Shown: piece after piece, positions 1 to 14,082 of the stretch
Layout of the letters: every line of letters starts with the position of its first letter
Numbering within the stretch: position 1 is the stretch's first letter
Assembly (NCBI RefSeq): GCF_963506605.1
Contig: NC_083279.1
Location: forward strand, 2,790,001-2,854,000
Length of the DNA: 64,000 nucleotides
Direction of reading: 5' to 3'
Source: Zootoca vivipara
Taxonomy: Eukaryota
The notes under the pieces: model-generated
Databases searched by the model: none
What the model saw: only the letters and a program-made list of their open reading frames with translations
Told to the model about the DNA's origin: nothing
Made by a program: the position numbers and the translations under genes

Positions 1-1190
1 ATGGACACAAGATTTTTAAAATCATGAACAAGAATTAAAAATGAGAGTTGAGAACCACATCGGACGTAAACTTTGTTTTTGAGGTTTGGAAATATGAACT
101 GTGTCACTTCCTGAATTGTTATCCTGCAGTTCCCATGGAATGTGAGATAAACAGGATGTCAGTAGACAATCTGGCTCTACAGATGCTGTGGATTATCAAA
201 AACTCCTGGAACTGATTTTGGACGTGAGAGATGAACTGCGACAGAATAATATAGAGATTCGTAAAATAAGACAATTGAAGCAAGATGAACAAGCATCAGC
301 CAGGGGCATTGTAAATGACTTTGCAAAAGAGGAAGAAAGCCAATCAGTCCTGGACAACACAATTGAAGGTAAAAAAAGAGGAGGAAGATGTAAGGAATAC
401 TGTGCCCCCAGTGGGAGAGGGGGAACAAGACTTGTGTTTGATTCAAGGAGTCCTCAAAGAAGAACCAGCACAGAATAATGTCCTCCCAGTGAGAGAGGGG
501 GGGAAGGATCCATGCTGGGGCCTGAGCTTAACTGGACATAAAATTGTGATAGGGCTGGAAAGTGGAAACATAGCTGGATGGTACTGTGCTACAGTTAGAA
601 AATTGGGGGGGGGGGTCAGCAGGGGACAAAGAAAGGAGAGTGGTGGATAGGTGGCGAAAGAGTAGGAATAGGGTGAGGAGTAACAATGGGTTATTTTCTG
701 ACTGATTAAGATGGTCTGAAACTGGAACGTTTTATGGAGCTAGTTGATACATCTGGGAGATCCGGAGTCCAGGGGAAGGGGGGTAGAATTAGACAAATGT
801 GGTTAAAGAAATAACATTTGAATATATGTAAAATTTGGGGGGTATAAAATGTGAGGCTAAAGGAAGAATAAGAGATGGGTGAAAAATAAAGTTATATTTG
901 GATTAATTAATGATTTATAGGTTGAGGGTAGTCAAGGTTTTTTGTTTTCTTGGGTAGATTAGAATTGGTTGGGAAATAATGAAAAAAAATGTGTCAGAAT
1001 GACTTAAGATGATAAAAGAAAATTGCTTAATTTAGATTTAATAAATGGACCCAGTGTGTGGGGAATCGAGGAAGTCCACAATGTCAATGTTAATGTAATG
1101 AAATTGATATGTTTTTGCTTTTTTATTATGTTTTATTTTTGCTTTTTTGCTTTTGTGTTAAAATGTTTGAAAATTAATAAATATTATTTT
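1..1190 (+). repeat. Probable L1-related non-autonomous/degenerate retroelement (coiled-coil ORF1-like stretch plus L1-like 3' tail)
   Basis: ORF 188-478 is coiled-coil-like (YQKLLELILDVRDELRQNNIEIRKIRQLK). The 3' part is purine-rich then T-rich and ends in AATAAA near 1176-1181, as in lizard L1 3' UTRs. No RT motif is present, so the family is inferred. Confidence 0.3.
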
Positions 1191-1245
1191 GGGGGAGGAA
1201 GAAATGTCACTTTGGTGTGATTTCACCCCTGCTCTCTCTTTCAAT

Positions 1246-1496
1246 CAGGGAACCAGGCAGAGGGCCTTCTCAGTAGTGGCACCCGCCCTGTGGAACGCCC
1301 TCCCACCAGATGTCAAAGAGAAAAACAACTACCAGAATTTTAGAAGACACCTGAAGGCAGCCCTGTTTAGGGAAGCTTTTAATGTTTGATGGACTATTGT
1401 ATTTTAATATTCTGTTGGGAGACACCCAGAGTGGCTGAGGAAACCCAGCCAGATGGGCAGGGTATAAATAATAAATTATTATTCTTCTTATTATTA
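1246..1496 (+). mobile_element. L2 LINE 3' end (5'-truncated)
   Basis: Encodes RAFSVVAPALWNALP...FRRHLKAALF, the typical L2 ORF2 C-terminus, followed by a 3'UTR ending GGTATAAATAATAAA(TTA)n. The same tail recurs at 13888-14080. Confidence 0.85.
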
Positions 1497-3667
1497 AATC
1501 CTGCACCCATCCCCCAGCTGCCCTGCAAGGAAAGGGAGGGAGAGTGTGGGGTGAGTGGTTGTGTCAGTGTGTGGGGTATGAATCCTCTGCAGGCTGTGGG
1601 AGGAGGAAGAGGGGACTTTCCTGAGTCCTTCCAGTGCTTGGCTGCTCTGGTGTGGGGCAGCATGGAGGCCTCCCACTGGCCCAGGCTCCATCTGTGACCC
1701 TTCCTTTTATTGCAGCCCCAAGAGCTTACTTGCTGATGTCACTGTCACTGCCACCACCCTTGCTCTGTAGGGACCACACAGGCCAAAATTTGCCTCCTGT
1801 GCCACCCTCCACCCTCCAGTAGCACCCTTGCTTCTTCTCAGTAGCCGCCAAATGGCAGCTGCAGACTCCTGTGTTTGTGTGTGTGTGTGTGTGCAGTGCT
1901 TTTTTTCCCCCTAGAAAAAAAGCGGCAGTACTGTGTTCCGGTGCCTTCCGCCAGAAGAAAGCACTTGGTATTATGCTAAAAAACAGTGGCAGCTCAAATA
2001 CACAATACACTCAGAGCATGTACATGTTGCTGCTGCTGGATTCCACCACCCATCCCTGAGTATTGGCCAAGCTGGCTGGATCTCATAGCAGGTTTTTCAG
2101 GTTCTTTCTGAGACAGAACAAGGTAAGACATGGAAATGAAGCTAAAAGAATGTCAACAACCACACCATTTCTTAAGGGTCAGGGTGCTGCATGTCCCAGG
2201 GTAAAACAAACCCCAGGTTCTTCCGCAGGCAAAACCCTTCTGGCAAAAGGAGGGAAGCAAAAGTTATTTGAATAAGACTTGTGATTCTTCAGAGAGGTTT
2301 CCCACATCCTTACTGCCTCTTGCTTTGGCTCCAGCCTGATTTTCTCTCACTTCACTATGGCTGGGGGTAGAAGTGGGAAGAGAAAATTCACTGCCTTGCA
2401 TCTCATTCATAGGACTATCCTAGACAAAACATTTCTTAAAAACAAACAAACAAACCCACTGGCTCATTGAACAAAAAAGGATTGTCTGACTTCTCATAAT
2501 GAACTTCACTTGCAGGACTGCACAAGGTTGTGTGGTGCTGCTTTTTCTCTGCTACATTCTCCCATTATTTATTTTTCTATTCCACTTTAAAAAAGAGAAA
2601 GTGTTAACAGTTTCTATAAAAAGAAAGAATAAATTGCCAGCTGCTGCCTGAACTGGGCTTTTCAGGAGATCTTTAAGTGTCAGCTGGAAGCCTGTGCAAG
2701 TGAGCAGGAATCCTCCATGGTAGAGACAAGGTCCTCTGTAAACTGTAAAATGAACAACAGGGTGTGAAAACATGGTTTTAGCACCTGTTTTATTGTAAGC
2801 ACTTCATGCAATTAGTGTATTTAAACCAGCCATATGGCTGGTAAGCTTTTGCATAATGATAAGTGTACTGCTTTAGAGTTAAGCTTCAAACTTACTTTCC
2901 ATTTGAAAATATATAAATAAGTTTCAAATTTCCTGCAGTCTAGAGAGTTTGATATCACATCATTAAAACAACTTTATGCAGAGTGCAGTCAAGACCAACT
3001 GGTTCAGAGAGAGAGAGAACTTAAAAGTGCAGTCCTAAGTGGGACCCTCTCTCCTCCCTCTCCTTGACTTGTTCCCTCAATCCCTGAATAGAAAGAAGGT
3101 GTGAGCAAAGGGGAGGCTGCAGTTCTTTCTCCTGGCCACAGCTTGCATCCCAGGAGAGGGCAAGTGAAGAGGCCACAGGAGTCTGGAGCAAGACCTGCAG
3201 CAAAGGTCTCTGGGGGTTAACAGCGGGGGGGGGAGCTTTCCAGTGCTTTATTTTTGCATGGAAAATTTGTTGTTTCATAAGTTTTGCAAATAAATATCAG
3301 GTAAGCTTGCAAGGGCACCATCAGGGGCCAGGGGGCCAGGCTCCCCAATATTTTCAATGAGGGGGCTCCCCCCCTGAATCCCATGGCAATCCTCAGAAGG
3401 ACATCCTCCCCCTGGCACACCCCTTTGACAATCACCAGGGAGCCTTCCAGGAAAGCTCTCTGGTGACCTCTGCCAGGGATGTGCCAGGATGAAGCGTCTT
3501 TACCCTGGCACATCGCTTTCATGAAGATAAGGCAGATGGCAGTGGGGGTGGCAGGGGGTGGGCCTAGTTGGCCTGGCTGGGTTGGGGTGGTGCTGTGTGT
3601 GTGGTGTCATGCACGCCCCCCCCTCCAGTGTTGGGAACAACTTAGTGTGTCTGTAAGCCTTGGAGCC

Positions 3668-3816
3668 ATCAAAGAATCCTAGAGTTGGAAGGGGCCCCAG
3701 TGGAATGCATTTAAAGCATCCCTGACAAATGGCCACCCAAGCTCTGCTTAAAAACCTGCAGTGAAAGGGAGTCCACCATCTTCTGAGGGAGCCCACTCCA
3801 CTGTCAAACAGCTCTT
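3668..3816 (-). mobile_element. Old CR1 LINE 3' fragment
   Basis: AGAATCCTAGAGTTGGAAGGGG...GGAGTCCACCA...CCACTGTCAAACAGCTCTT is the reverse complement of the CR1 3' end seen at 42758-43111. Confidence 0.7.
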
Positions 3817-4620
3817 GGCTTTGTTTGCCAAATGCAGTAAAATAAGCATGCTAAATGAGATCACACTCTAGGGCACTGGGAAATTTTTCTAACAGAAACT
3901 GAATTTTTTTCTGATGCAAATTACCATATGGGAAATTGCCCTGAATTCCCAGTTCCGTTTCTTTCCAGAAAGCCCACGTCCCTGGTTAGCCTGGCCTCCC
4001 TCCTGCTGGGATGGGGGCCTCAGGAGGTGCAAATAGGATTGTGCTTCCTCAGTGATCTTCTAACATTGCAGCCATCTGCCTTTCTGATTCTGGGAGAAAT
4101 GCGCTAGGAGAAATGAGTCCCCCTCCCTGAGCGGAGAAGGGGAGAGAACCTCCTGTTTCCATTGAGGCCCCCTCCACATTTTAGAACACCAATTTTCTAT
4201 GTTTCTTTCTTCTAGAAACACGGGGGGAATTACAATGTAAAACATGTCATACCCATCACATATACAGTGAAAACTAAAAATCTAAATAAATCTTACTTAT
4301 TCAGAAAAGCGGAGGAGAGAGACAGATAGGGGGAAAGGGTGTAAAAAGAAGAGACACAGTGAATGAAAAGGGAGTTTGAGAGAGGATCAAAATATGTGGG
4401 TGGCTCTAAGTCCTGATTTCCCAAGAAGGGTCTAAAATGTAGGGGAACCTTCACAAGCCTGGAGGCTTACACCTTTGGAAGTTCACCCTCCAACTCATGG
4501 AGTGTAACAGGGACAGCAAGGGCAGAGGGCAGAGTGAAGCCCATTCATTCCTGTGCCCCTTTTGCATGCTAAATGAACCACTAACCCTAGAAGTTGAAGA
4601 GCAATCTTCTGTAATGAAGA

Positions 4621-4742
4621 CAGGGCTTTTTTTCTCAGCCAGAACTTGCCAGAACTCAGGTGGGTGCCATTGCCATTCTTAGAGAACGAGGGAGGCATTC
4701 GTGGTGAGTTCCAGCACCTTGTTTTCTAGAAAAATAGCACTG
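4621..4742. mobile_element. hAT-like MITE (short, degraded)
   Basis: Imperfect TIRs CAGGGCTTTTTT...AAAATAGCACTG with degenerate 8-bp flanks AATGAAGA/AATAAGGA. A second copy lies at 29002-29123. Confidence 0.6.
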
Positions 4743-4879
4743 AATAAGGATTTATTCATATTTGCCAACTTTCTTTAATTTGTATTCTATCAAGAGAAAA
4801 GATCCTTCCTGCAGTAAGAAACTTATCTAAACTGCTTTGTGAGATCTTCCTGGAAAGCACCCCATTCAATAAATAAACC

Positions 4880-4921
<42 letters not shown>
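4880..4921. repeat. (AAT)n microsatellite
   Basis: Directly visible. Confidence 0.95.
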
Positions 4922-4922
<1 letters not shown>

Positions 4923-6369
4923 TCAGAGGTTGTTCTGATTACAGGGTAGCAAACAATATTGCAGTTTCCTACAAGGCCTTCCTTAATAATATTCCGTGAG
5001 AGAGGAGTTGTATTCATAAATATATTGATATATACAACATATATCTGACATATATCTGACATGTTGTAATGGGAACAGTTCATCAAGGATCCAGCTAGCA
5101 CCTTGCTTCTGACAATTACTGTTAAGCATTTTTGGACAAATGTGTTCAAGAATAGGAAGATAATTTAGGGATTTTATTCCATTTCAATCATTCCCTGTTG
5201 GTAGCAGTCAGAAGACAGACTGATAATGAATTTTGTTCCTCCAAGTTATATGTGCTAATAGCTGTTGATGACCCTATCCTACTCCCCCCCCAATTATTTC
5301 TTCATTTGCACCAGGACTGCAAAACATGCTTCCCAGTATCCACTGCTTCAAGACTTTGAGTTCATCAATAACTTCTCAGTTAGTATTAATGGTGCACAAC
5401 AAATTGTGTGCAATCACATACACATATTACACACATTCACACACACACACCAGGTTCCTAACTCCATTAGAGTGATGGTGTCTTATTAAATTTCCAGGCT
5501 CTGCAAAATTCTGACACTATGAAGTAATAAGATTTAATGTAATGCATGTATGTTTGATACGAAATTTACAGAAACTGACATTTTAATTTACAAGCATACA
5601 CTTGAACCATGTTTGTTTGAAAGAAAGTCCCATTACTTTGGGAAAAATTTACTCACAATAAATCACAGACTGAAAATAAGAAACCTGCATATTTGACAGA
5701 ATGTGGGCATTTTTTTTACAGCTCATTCCTATAGATATGTCTTCTCTGAGGTTCCATGCGTACCTATTGATACTTCTGTTGGCCAGCTCCTTTCAGCACA
5801 GACTTCTCTGTTTTGCTTATGAGGATATTCTTCTGTAAATCAGGATGTGCTTTGATGGCCGTTGCCTTGGGCAGCCCAATCTGCTGCTGGAGAGCAAGGA
5901 GAAGCAGTGACTTCCAGTGAGATCTCATTGCCACTGCTGCTACTCCTCAATTCTCCCGTGGAAGGGAATGCCCTGCCACCACTACCGGAGAAGTAGCTGT
6001 GGCTTCCAGGTTCCAGAAAGATCTTGTGGACCTCTTGTGAGATCTCAGACGAACCCAGAAGCCGCAACCATATGACACCAGTAATCAAGTCTTCAGCGGT
6101 GGAGGGGGAGGTCGCACTTTCCCATTTAGACTCTGGTGGCAAAACATGCCTGGTCATCTCCCTACAGTATCTAAAAATAAATGTTGGTTGCCATTGTAGT
6201 GCCGTGGAACATGGCCAGGATCCAAAGAGCTGTTTGGCAGAGCAACCCCAACAACCCTTCTGCCATGCCGTGGCCAGGATGGGGGTCATGAGCAGAGCAG
6301 GGGTGTCCCTCTGCTTGGATCTCCTGGCTGAGCTCCCATCTGCCCGGCCACCTACCAACCTCATCTATA

Positions 6370-7375
6370 ACCATCTCTGGCAGGCAAGCAGCTTGATAAG
6401 CAGCAAGGACTCTCCGTCAGTTTCATATAAGTTTATTTACAAAAAACAACAACACCCTGTTCTGCCTGCTCTCATTAACCTTAGTTGCTCAGTCTGACTC
6501 ATCGCCCCTCCCCCAACAAGAAGGATGCCCAAATCTTGCCTTTCTTCTCCTTCCCTTCCATTACTCTATGAGCTTTTCTAGCCTCCTCGTATGAGGACTG
6601 CACAGCTGGCCTGTCTCTTCCCCAGAAGATACAGCCTCTGAGTCTAGCTTATCTACTGGTTGCCTAGCTACACTTTGGCCAACTTACAACTCTTCCTCTC
6701 CTTGGGAGCTAACAGTGTCTTGCCTGGGAAGGAGGGGGGCTGGGCTGTCTTCTCCACTGTCTTCTGCTCTGGTCAGACCTCACCTGGAGTACTGTGTCCA
6801 GTTCTGGGCACCACAGTTCAAGAAGGATACTGACAAGCTGGAACGTGTCCAGAAGAGGGCAACCAAAATGGTCAAAGGCCTGGAAACGATGCCTTATGAG
6901 GAAGGGCTTAGGGAGCTGGGTATGTTTAGCCTGGAGAAGAGAAGGTTAAGGGGTGGTATGATAGCCATGTTCAAATATATAAAAGGATGTCATATGGAAG
7001 AGGGTGAAAGGTTGTTTTCTGCTGCTCCAGAGAAGCGGACACAGAGCAATGGATTCAAGCTACAAGAAAGAAGATTCCGTCTAAACATTAGGAAGAACTT
7101 CCTGACAGTAAGAGCTGTTCGGCAGTGGAATTTGCTACCAAGGAGTGTGGTGGAGGTCTTCTTTGGAGGTCTTTAAGCAGAGGCTTGACAGGCATATGTC
7201 AAGAATGCTTTGATGGTGTTTCCTGCTTGGCAGGGGGTTGGACTGGATGGCCCTTGTGGTCTCTTCCAACTCTATGATTCTATGATTCTCTAAACTCAGA
7301 CAGACAGCTCTCATCTGCAGAGTCAGCCCCTTGCTCGCTCAGCTCAATTTCTGAGGCTGACTCTTCCACTGTGCT
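6370..7375 (-). mobile_element. Degraded LTR-like repeat interrupted by a CR1
   Basis: Shares ordered motifs with the solo LTR at 35211-35674 (GGCAAGCA, GACTCTCC, TTTATTTACAAAAA, CTGCTCTCATT, TCAGTCTGA, CTGGTTGCCTAGC, TTGGGAG). Ends are not resolved. Confidence 0.45.
6754..7288 (+). mobile_element. CR1 LINE, 5'-truncated, young
   Basis: ORF2 C-terminus [41 protein letters not shown] and an (ATTCTATG)n tail. Nearly identical to 61750-62462. Confidence 0.95.
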
Positions 7376-10300
7376 CTGGGAGGGGGGGCACGCAGTGGCA
7401 GAGAAAGGGACTGTGGTGGGGGAAGCCCACCCAGATGTCATCCCTGAGATGACATCACTATGCCGCCCCCCTGGGACGCTAGCTGTGGGTGGCAGCGGCG
7501 CCCCCTTGGGATGCTCACCATGGGTGGCGGCAGCATCCCCTACAGGATGTTCGCCACAGGAGGTCCTGCCCCCATGCTCACCACACAACCCCCCTGGGAT
7601 GCTCAGTGCGCCACCCCATGGGCAGATCACCACACCTCTGGAGCAGCTAGCTTCACCTCTGGGGCCACGGTTTGGGCGTCATCTTTCCCTTCACTATGTG
7701 ACCTGCTGGTGGCATGTCTGCCAGCTGAGCCCAACACAAAGCCCCCAAATGGGGGTTTTTTTAGGGCAAGGAGAAAGAGGGGCAGAGTTGAGGGATTTTT
7801 AAAATTTATTTTAACTTTAACTCACCAAGCTGTTATTACCTGCTCTGTAGGATTTATTTTATTTTGCTCTTGGTTCTTTTAAGTTTTTAGCTTTCCATTT
7901 CTGCTTTCTGTATTTTAGGTCTGTCCATATGTCTTAATTTAGGTGGGCTTCCTGTTTTGAAGCTCTACCCCCACCCCATTCTGGAGGTGGAATTGTAGAG
8001 TATATGCTTGTAAACAAACAAGGAAGATCAATTCCACAGCACGGACTATTTCTCCCTCCCTGCCTCAGACTAGCACACATTGGTATTAATTTCACTATTT
8101 GCCATAAGAAGCATTCTGTGCATCTTTCCATGGAGAGATTAAATAGTACATGGGATTAAACTACTTCTTCAGATTTACAAAATGCTGAAATTCCACATTT
8201 TCAACATTCTAGTCTTGTGCTTGCACCCCATCTGTGGGGCTGGTATTCTGTGGGAAGCGGAAGAGGTGTTAATTGGCTCATGCTGAGGTGGGTTATCTCT
8301 CACTCTTCCTTTTTCAAAAAATGCCTTTTCAATCCTTCCCCCAGGGCAGTGCCCGTGAAATTAAAGGAAGAGAGAATAAATGTGGAAAAGATGGTGCCAT
8401 CTTTATTTTCAGTAAGGGGAGACAGGCTAGGGGTGTGTACTTGTAGTACAATACTCTTATCCTGCACGTTGGACTAATGTCTGCCAAACACATCCTGACT
8501 CACACAAAGCATGTAATAAGCTCATTGTAGCTTATTTGGTGGGGAGGGCAGATCCAGCAGAGACTCAAGAGGACATCTATTTTTGTGCCTGGCAAAAACA
8601 GGGAAGCTGATACAAACCGATGAGATTTTTCTTCAGCTCTGGACCAGCTCTGCTTTAGAATGGCATCCTTCAGAATGGAAGAGTAACCTTTTTGTCCCCT
8701 CCTTGCATGTGAAAGGGAACTGAAAGTCAGCAGTGTGCTTCTGTCAGCACAGGCTGTTGAACAATTTCCTGCGGAAGATACGGCACAATGTCTCAAGATG
8801 TATGCTTCAGCTTAGTCTCTGTGCTTAGCTAAGCTTCAGCCAGCCCTGGCACACCAGAGCTAGTGCCAACATGTTGCTGTTGTTCAGAACCGTCCAACTC
8901 CAGGAGCCAAATGTTGATAGGGCACAAAGAGCAAGATAGGGCAAGAGCTCAACTGGGAAGAGAGAAGTGACCAGAAAATGGTGGTGAGCAAATGCCCTTA
9001 ATGGCAATAAGGTTAAATAATTGATCATTTGCACCTCATCTTAATTACAAAAAAGTTCAGAATCATCCTGAACTTTTACCACAGCCATAAGGACATTCAA
9101 ACATTTGCAAATTTCCCCTCTCCTGAGTGCTTGGAGGCTTTTTGAAATTCTGATTCCAGACAAGTTATGTCAGTTTCAAAGAAATACTAGATCTGTAAGA
9201 GAGAAGAGTAGTGAGGATTTCATTCATATCAGGTAATTCTTAAAAAAAAACCAACCTCTAGCTCTGAATTAAGAAAAAAAGTTTTCCTATTTGAACTCTG
9301 CGTCCTCTTTGAAGCCTGCCCTCAGTGCTTTTCATTTTTTAAAGAAAAGAATCTGTCAGCAAAGTCTGTATAGCTTGAGTTGAAGCCTGATTTCTGCTGG
9401 TCACTCTCTCTCTTCTAATCGTGCCATGAAGATTCCTCAAGCCTGGACTTGGTTCCCAAATGAATGGGAGAATTAATGCTCCTCTTCTCCAGGAAAGAAC
9501 TCACTCACCCTACTAAAAGTGACTGGGGGGGGGGAGAGAGAAGGTGAAAGGGGCAAAGCTCAGAGGCTTTGTATAAAAAGGTTACCAGAATCAGTCCCCT
9601 GAATCTTCAAGCAGGACTGGGAAAGACTATTCTCCAAAACCCCAGAGCTCTTAGGCTGGATTTACACTGGTCTGAAAAAACAAACAAACTTTTTTTTAAA
9701 AAAAAAAAACCCAACAACCCTGTAATATAGCTCTCAATGCAATTTCCCATTGACAACGGATCGCTGCTCTACAGTGCCTTCTGGTGTCATATTTTTATAA
9801 CACATTTTTAATGTTATAACTGACCAGTGTAGATTAGTCCTTGGTTAGATTTGTATCTGTACTCATCTACCTTTAAACAGAGAAGTTGAAGCAAGCAAGT
9901 CTCCATCTGTTGGCATTAAAGTGAAGATGAAAAAAGGTTCGAAACAACCTTAAAAGAAAACACATTGGCTTTAATATAAAATGATTGTGCAATCTTTGGG
10001 TTAGAAAGGAAGCAGGCTTTAAGATTTCCCTTTTATAGGGATTCCATTCACTTGAGGGGGCCTGCTAAGCCACACCCACTCTGGTAACTTGAGCACTGGG
10101 CTCAGGTTAACCCTTTTATGCATGCTAGTGTGTGTCAGTAATAGTATATTACAACACAACTCACCATGAGTTAACTTTTAAAATGAAAAGCAGTGAAATA
10201 AACTGCAGTGGGAAATTTAAGGAAACTGCGTTCAACGTGCACAGCTGCACATATACAGCTTCATTTAATCATCATGGCCCATAGAAGCCACATCCTCAGT

Positions 10301-13051
10301 GGAGCCCCCTTGGTGTGCTGTTCACTCTAAAATGAGCTGAGCCTTTGAAAGCATTTCAACTGAAATGCTTTTTACTAGCAAAATCTTGAGGGCCTTGGAA
10401 GCATTTCATGCAAAAGTTCAGAAATTCTTGAACATTTCCTACACACAAAGTTCCGACCTGTGCCAGCTCTGTTCCATGGCTTGGAAACTTGGAAACACAT
10501 CATATACCATGCAAATCATCCTTTGTATTGGTTTGTATTAAGTCATCTTGAGTAAGGAGGACAGAGGAGCATTAATTTTAATGGAATTTGCTTTAAGTAA
10601 GCGTGTTCAGGGTTTCAGGCAGCTCAGATCTCCTGATCCATCATGTAATGATTTTGGGGCAGATGTCCAGCCAGCAGAATGAGTAAGACTCTCCCCAAAT
10701 GCAGTAGGGCTGGCTTACCGCACTCTGGAATACACATGGCCACCTAAAGGGGTGACCCTGTGGAAGGCATGGTTGTCAAACCATTAAAATACTTAACTAA
10801 CTGACCAACCATGTCAATTCTGCTCCCCCCCCCAAAAAAAATCCTGGCTACGCCCATGCTGGAAGGACAGTAAATGCAGAGTCTAAAATTACCAAATTGT
10901 TTCTGGTACCTGAACACTTTAATAGCAACAAGATATTAAAAAATATATCAAAAATCTATCCTACCTCTCAATCCAAAGATGCTCAAGCTGGGTAACGAAC
11001 AGTAATACGCACAGAATATTACAGAGGTGTGTGCAATGTCTCTTTCATATTTCCCCCCTCTAACATTTTAACAAATCAGTTTCGGTTATTGAGACATTGG
11101 GAAGAAAAGGGGGGAAGAGGAGGGTGGGATGGGGAGATGGATGGGGGGGGTGTCCATTCTGAAGGTGGGGAAAGATGATGGTGTGTAGCCTGGTGTAAAT
11201 TAATTTGTAGCCTGTGGGGATCACCACGCCCCACGGTGTGGACTGTCCCTGAGAATCGTAGACTGTTCCTGGGACAGGTAAGGGTGCGGATCCCTTGTTT
11301 TCAAATCCGAAACTTGACAGCTATGCACCCCACCCCAATGGCACCTCTGACTGGAAATGACTTCTTCCGGTTGCCCACTCAGGTCCCAGTTTGTCTCGCT
11401 AACATGCTTCAGAGCTGACGAAATCTGTGCTATTGGGTGAACAGATGGAGATGAAGCTGGAAATGCCAGGCAACTCCAGTAGATGCCAAGCCAATCTGCT
11501 GCTAGGTGCCGACTTCAAACTCTCAGGAATCAGTTACACGATGAGTTCCCCAAGGGAAAATGGCTGCTGCTGCTGCTGCTGCACAACCAGCCCTTGCATG
11601 AAGTGGTAAGTTTGATTCACAACAATAGATTTCCTTCCCTGGGTGACAACCTGCCATGGGCTGCATACCAATGGTGGGTATGGCCAGAGTCCAAAGTGGG
11701 TGGATCAATGTTTGGGACTCTTAATTTTGTGCAACAGCTTAGATTTAAGACATGCAGAAGTCAGAAGTTCCACCGCTGCCACTTCACATCTCCCCACCAT
11801 TCAATCAGGCAAGGAAGACACACCATCCCAGTTTGATGATACATCCCATCTAGGCAAAAGCACGTGAAGAGGACCTGGGGCATGGCTAGTGAAGGTGTGA
11901 CTTGGGCATCCTCTCAAGGGCCAGATGCATTGGATTCCCAGGCCAAAGGGGAAAGCTAGGAAGCCTGGCTCTCAGTGCAAGGAATCCTGCAAATGGTGCC
12001 GTGTGCTTCTGAGCAGAGACATGCTTGCACTCTGCATGGAGAATCTGCAGATGAGCCATTCATGAATTCCAGGCACAATGATGAAATAATAATTATATCA
12101 ACAAGAGTTATTTAGTTAATCTACCCAATAGTTATGCTGAACCTCAACATTTGACTATGATCAATAATCTGTGCCCATGATTTGTATCTATATGAGTTCA
12201 ATTGTAAATTCAGAGGGAACATGAACTGCTTCAACTAAAATATATGAGTATTAGTATCTTCAAGATCTAAGCTTACCTCATCTGTACTGAAATGAGTAGC
12301 AAAAGTACTATATATATCAGGCAGCCAGTGAGATCTAATAAGAATCTGCCAGAAAACTCTCTCACACATACAAACTTCCATTAGCTATATGAATTTTTAT
12401 ACCCCCACACTTAAAGGGTACCTCAATGTCTATTTCAAAGCTGATTTGATGAATACAGAAAAGGTCAAACTAAAAATAACTCAACTGAATCGGTTATGAG
12501 TGTAGTAACATATGCCTCATTTAATAATGAACTCAAAATTTGCTCCACAGTTTAAGTAGTATCATGAATGCTAATTTTGACAGTGAAGGGTTATGAACTA
12601 CCTGTCTGCTGAAGGCTGGCACAAGGTCAGGCAGTTGCAGAGCTAATGAAAACCCCAATGTACCAGATGGCAGATGATTGACATGAGAGTGCTAGCTGAT
12701 GGGAACTCAAAGGGACCCTCATGCATTCAAAGTGACAGTGTCCTGAAACACACATGAGCACACCTTGTTTGCTTCCAAGGGTGAAAATGACTTCTGCTCT
12801 GCTTTGTTTTGTTTTCTCATAGAGATGAGCTGAGCTATCTCAGAGAGATTTTTGGGGGGGGGGTTGCTGAAAGGTTTGAGATTTTTATTTTTTCTCACTC
12901 CACCAGAAGGGAAGGCTACTTCATAGAAATTTGTCTGAATATTCTTCAACTTTTGGGGGGCAGCCACCATTTGCCTCCTATGGTACCCTGGAACAACAAT
13001 ATGTCTGACACATTGAGGAGGATGTATTATTGTGGCCTGTCAGACAATACA

Positions 13052-13052
13052 G

Positions 13053-13111
<59 letters not shown>
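13052..13111. repeat. Compound (GTT)n(GCT)n microsatellite
   Basis: Directly visible. Confidence 0.95.
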
Positions 13112-13131
<20 letters not shown>

Positions 13132-13427
13132 AGTGTTGGGAGACCTCTGGATCAAAGAAAGAATTGGTGCTATTGTCGTGATTGCCACTGCTAATGGCAA
13201 GCTCCCCATCCCCACACCATTAAATTGTTGGAAAAAAATATCCTCCCCGTGGAGAAAATCAGTGAAATTGTTCTTCCAATTTCTCTGTCCACATTTTTCA
13301 TGAAAGATGATGTTGGTGCACATTTTTTATATTGCTGGAAAAGTTAGATTGTGGGGTGTCACTCAAAGTATTATTGCATGCCAAGCTGTCTTGCAAACAT
13401 TTGTTCTGATGGGATACACCACTGTTA

Positions 13428-13535
13428 CTTTTAGAAGACATCTGAAGTCAGCCCTGTTTAGGGAAGCTTTTAATGTTTAATGTTTTTAATGTTTAATAGA
13501 CTTGTATTTTAATATTTTGTTGGAAGCCGCCCAGA
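13428..13535 (+). mobile_element. L2 LINE 3' fragment
   Basis: TTTTAGAAGACATCTGAAGTCAGCCCTGTTTAGGGAAGCTTTTAATGTTT...GGAAGCCGCCCAGAG matches 1337-1430. Confidence 0.8.
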
Positions 13536-13887
13536 GCAACGCATGGCATGGTCAGCTAGTTTCTTTATATAAGGATATACAAGATCCCAACAAATTCTTC
13601 CTGATACTTTCTCTATGCTTGGGGAATTGTATGTTTCAGTTTTAATGGCAGACTCCAACCCAGCAGAACTCAAGTCAGCCTGCAAGTTGCTTAAATGCTC
13701 CCCATTCAAATTTCTCCACTGAACTTTAAACTCTAAATTATCTAGTCTTACTTGCTAAGTGGCAGCAATGCAGTAGAAATTTGCCTTTGCCCCCCTTTGG
13801 CAGCACAAGTTCAATAGGATCAGATGATAGGATCCTCAGCCTTCAAATCTGGAGAGCAGCTGCCCGTCAAAGTAAACAATAATGGGA

Positions 13888-14049
13888 AAACACCTGAAGG
13901 CAGCCCTGTTTAGGGAGGCTTTTAATGTTTAATAGATTATTTTATTTCATTTTTCTGTTGGAAGCCGCCCAGAGTGGCTGGGGAAACCCAGCCAGATGGG
14001 CGGGGTATAAATAATAAATTACTATTACTATTATTACTATTATTATTAC

Positions 14050-14080
<31 letters not shown>
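13888..14080 (+). mobile_element. L2 LINE 3' end with expanded (TAT/TAC)n tail
   Basis: Matches 1345-1496 and ends GGCGGGGTATAAATAATAAA plus a microsatellite tail. Confidence 0.85.

Positions 14081-14082
<2 letters not shown>

Noticed and set aside
5840-7882. Several 117-174 aa ORFs outside the CR1
   Set aside because: Low-complexity GC-rich repeat-like sequence with no recognisable domains.
12809-13323. Poly-Val/Ala and poly-Ala/Thr ORFs
   Set aside because: Produced by the (GTT)n(GCT)n microsatellite, with no other coding signal.
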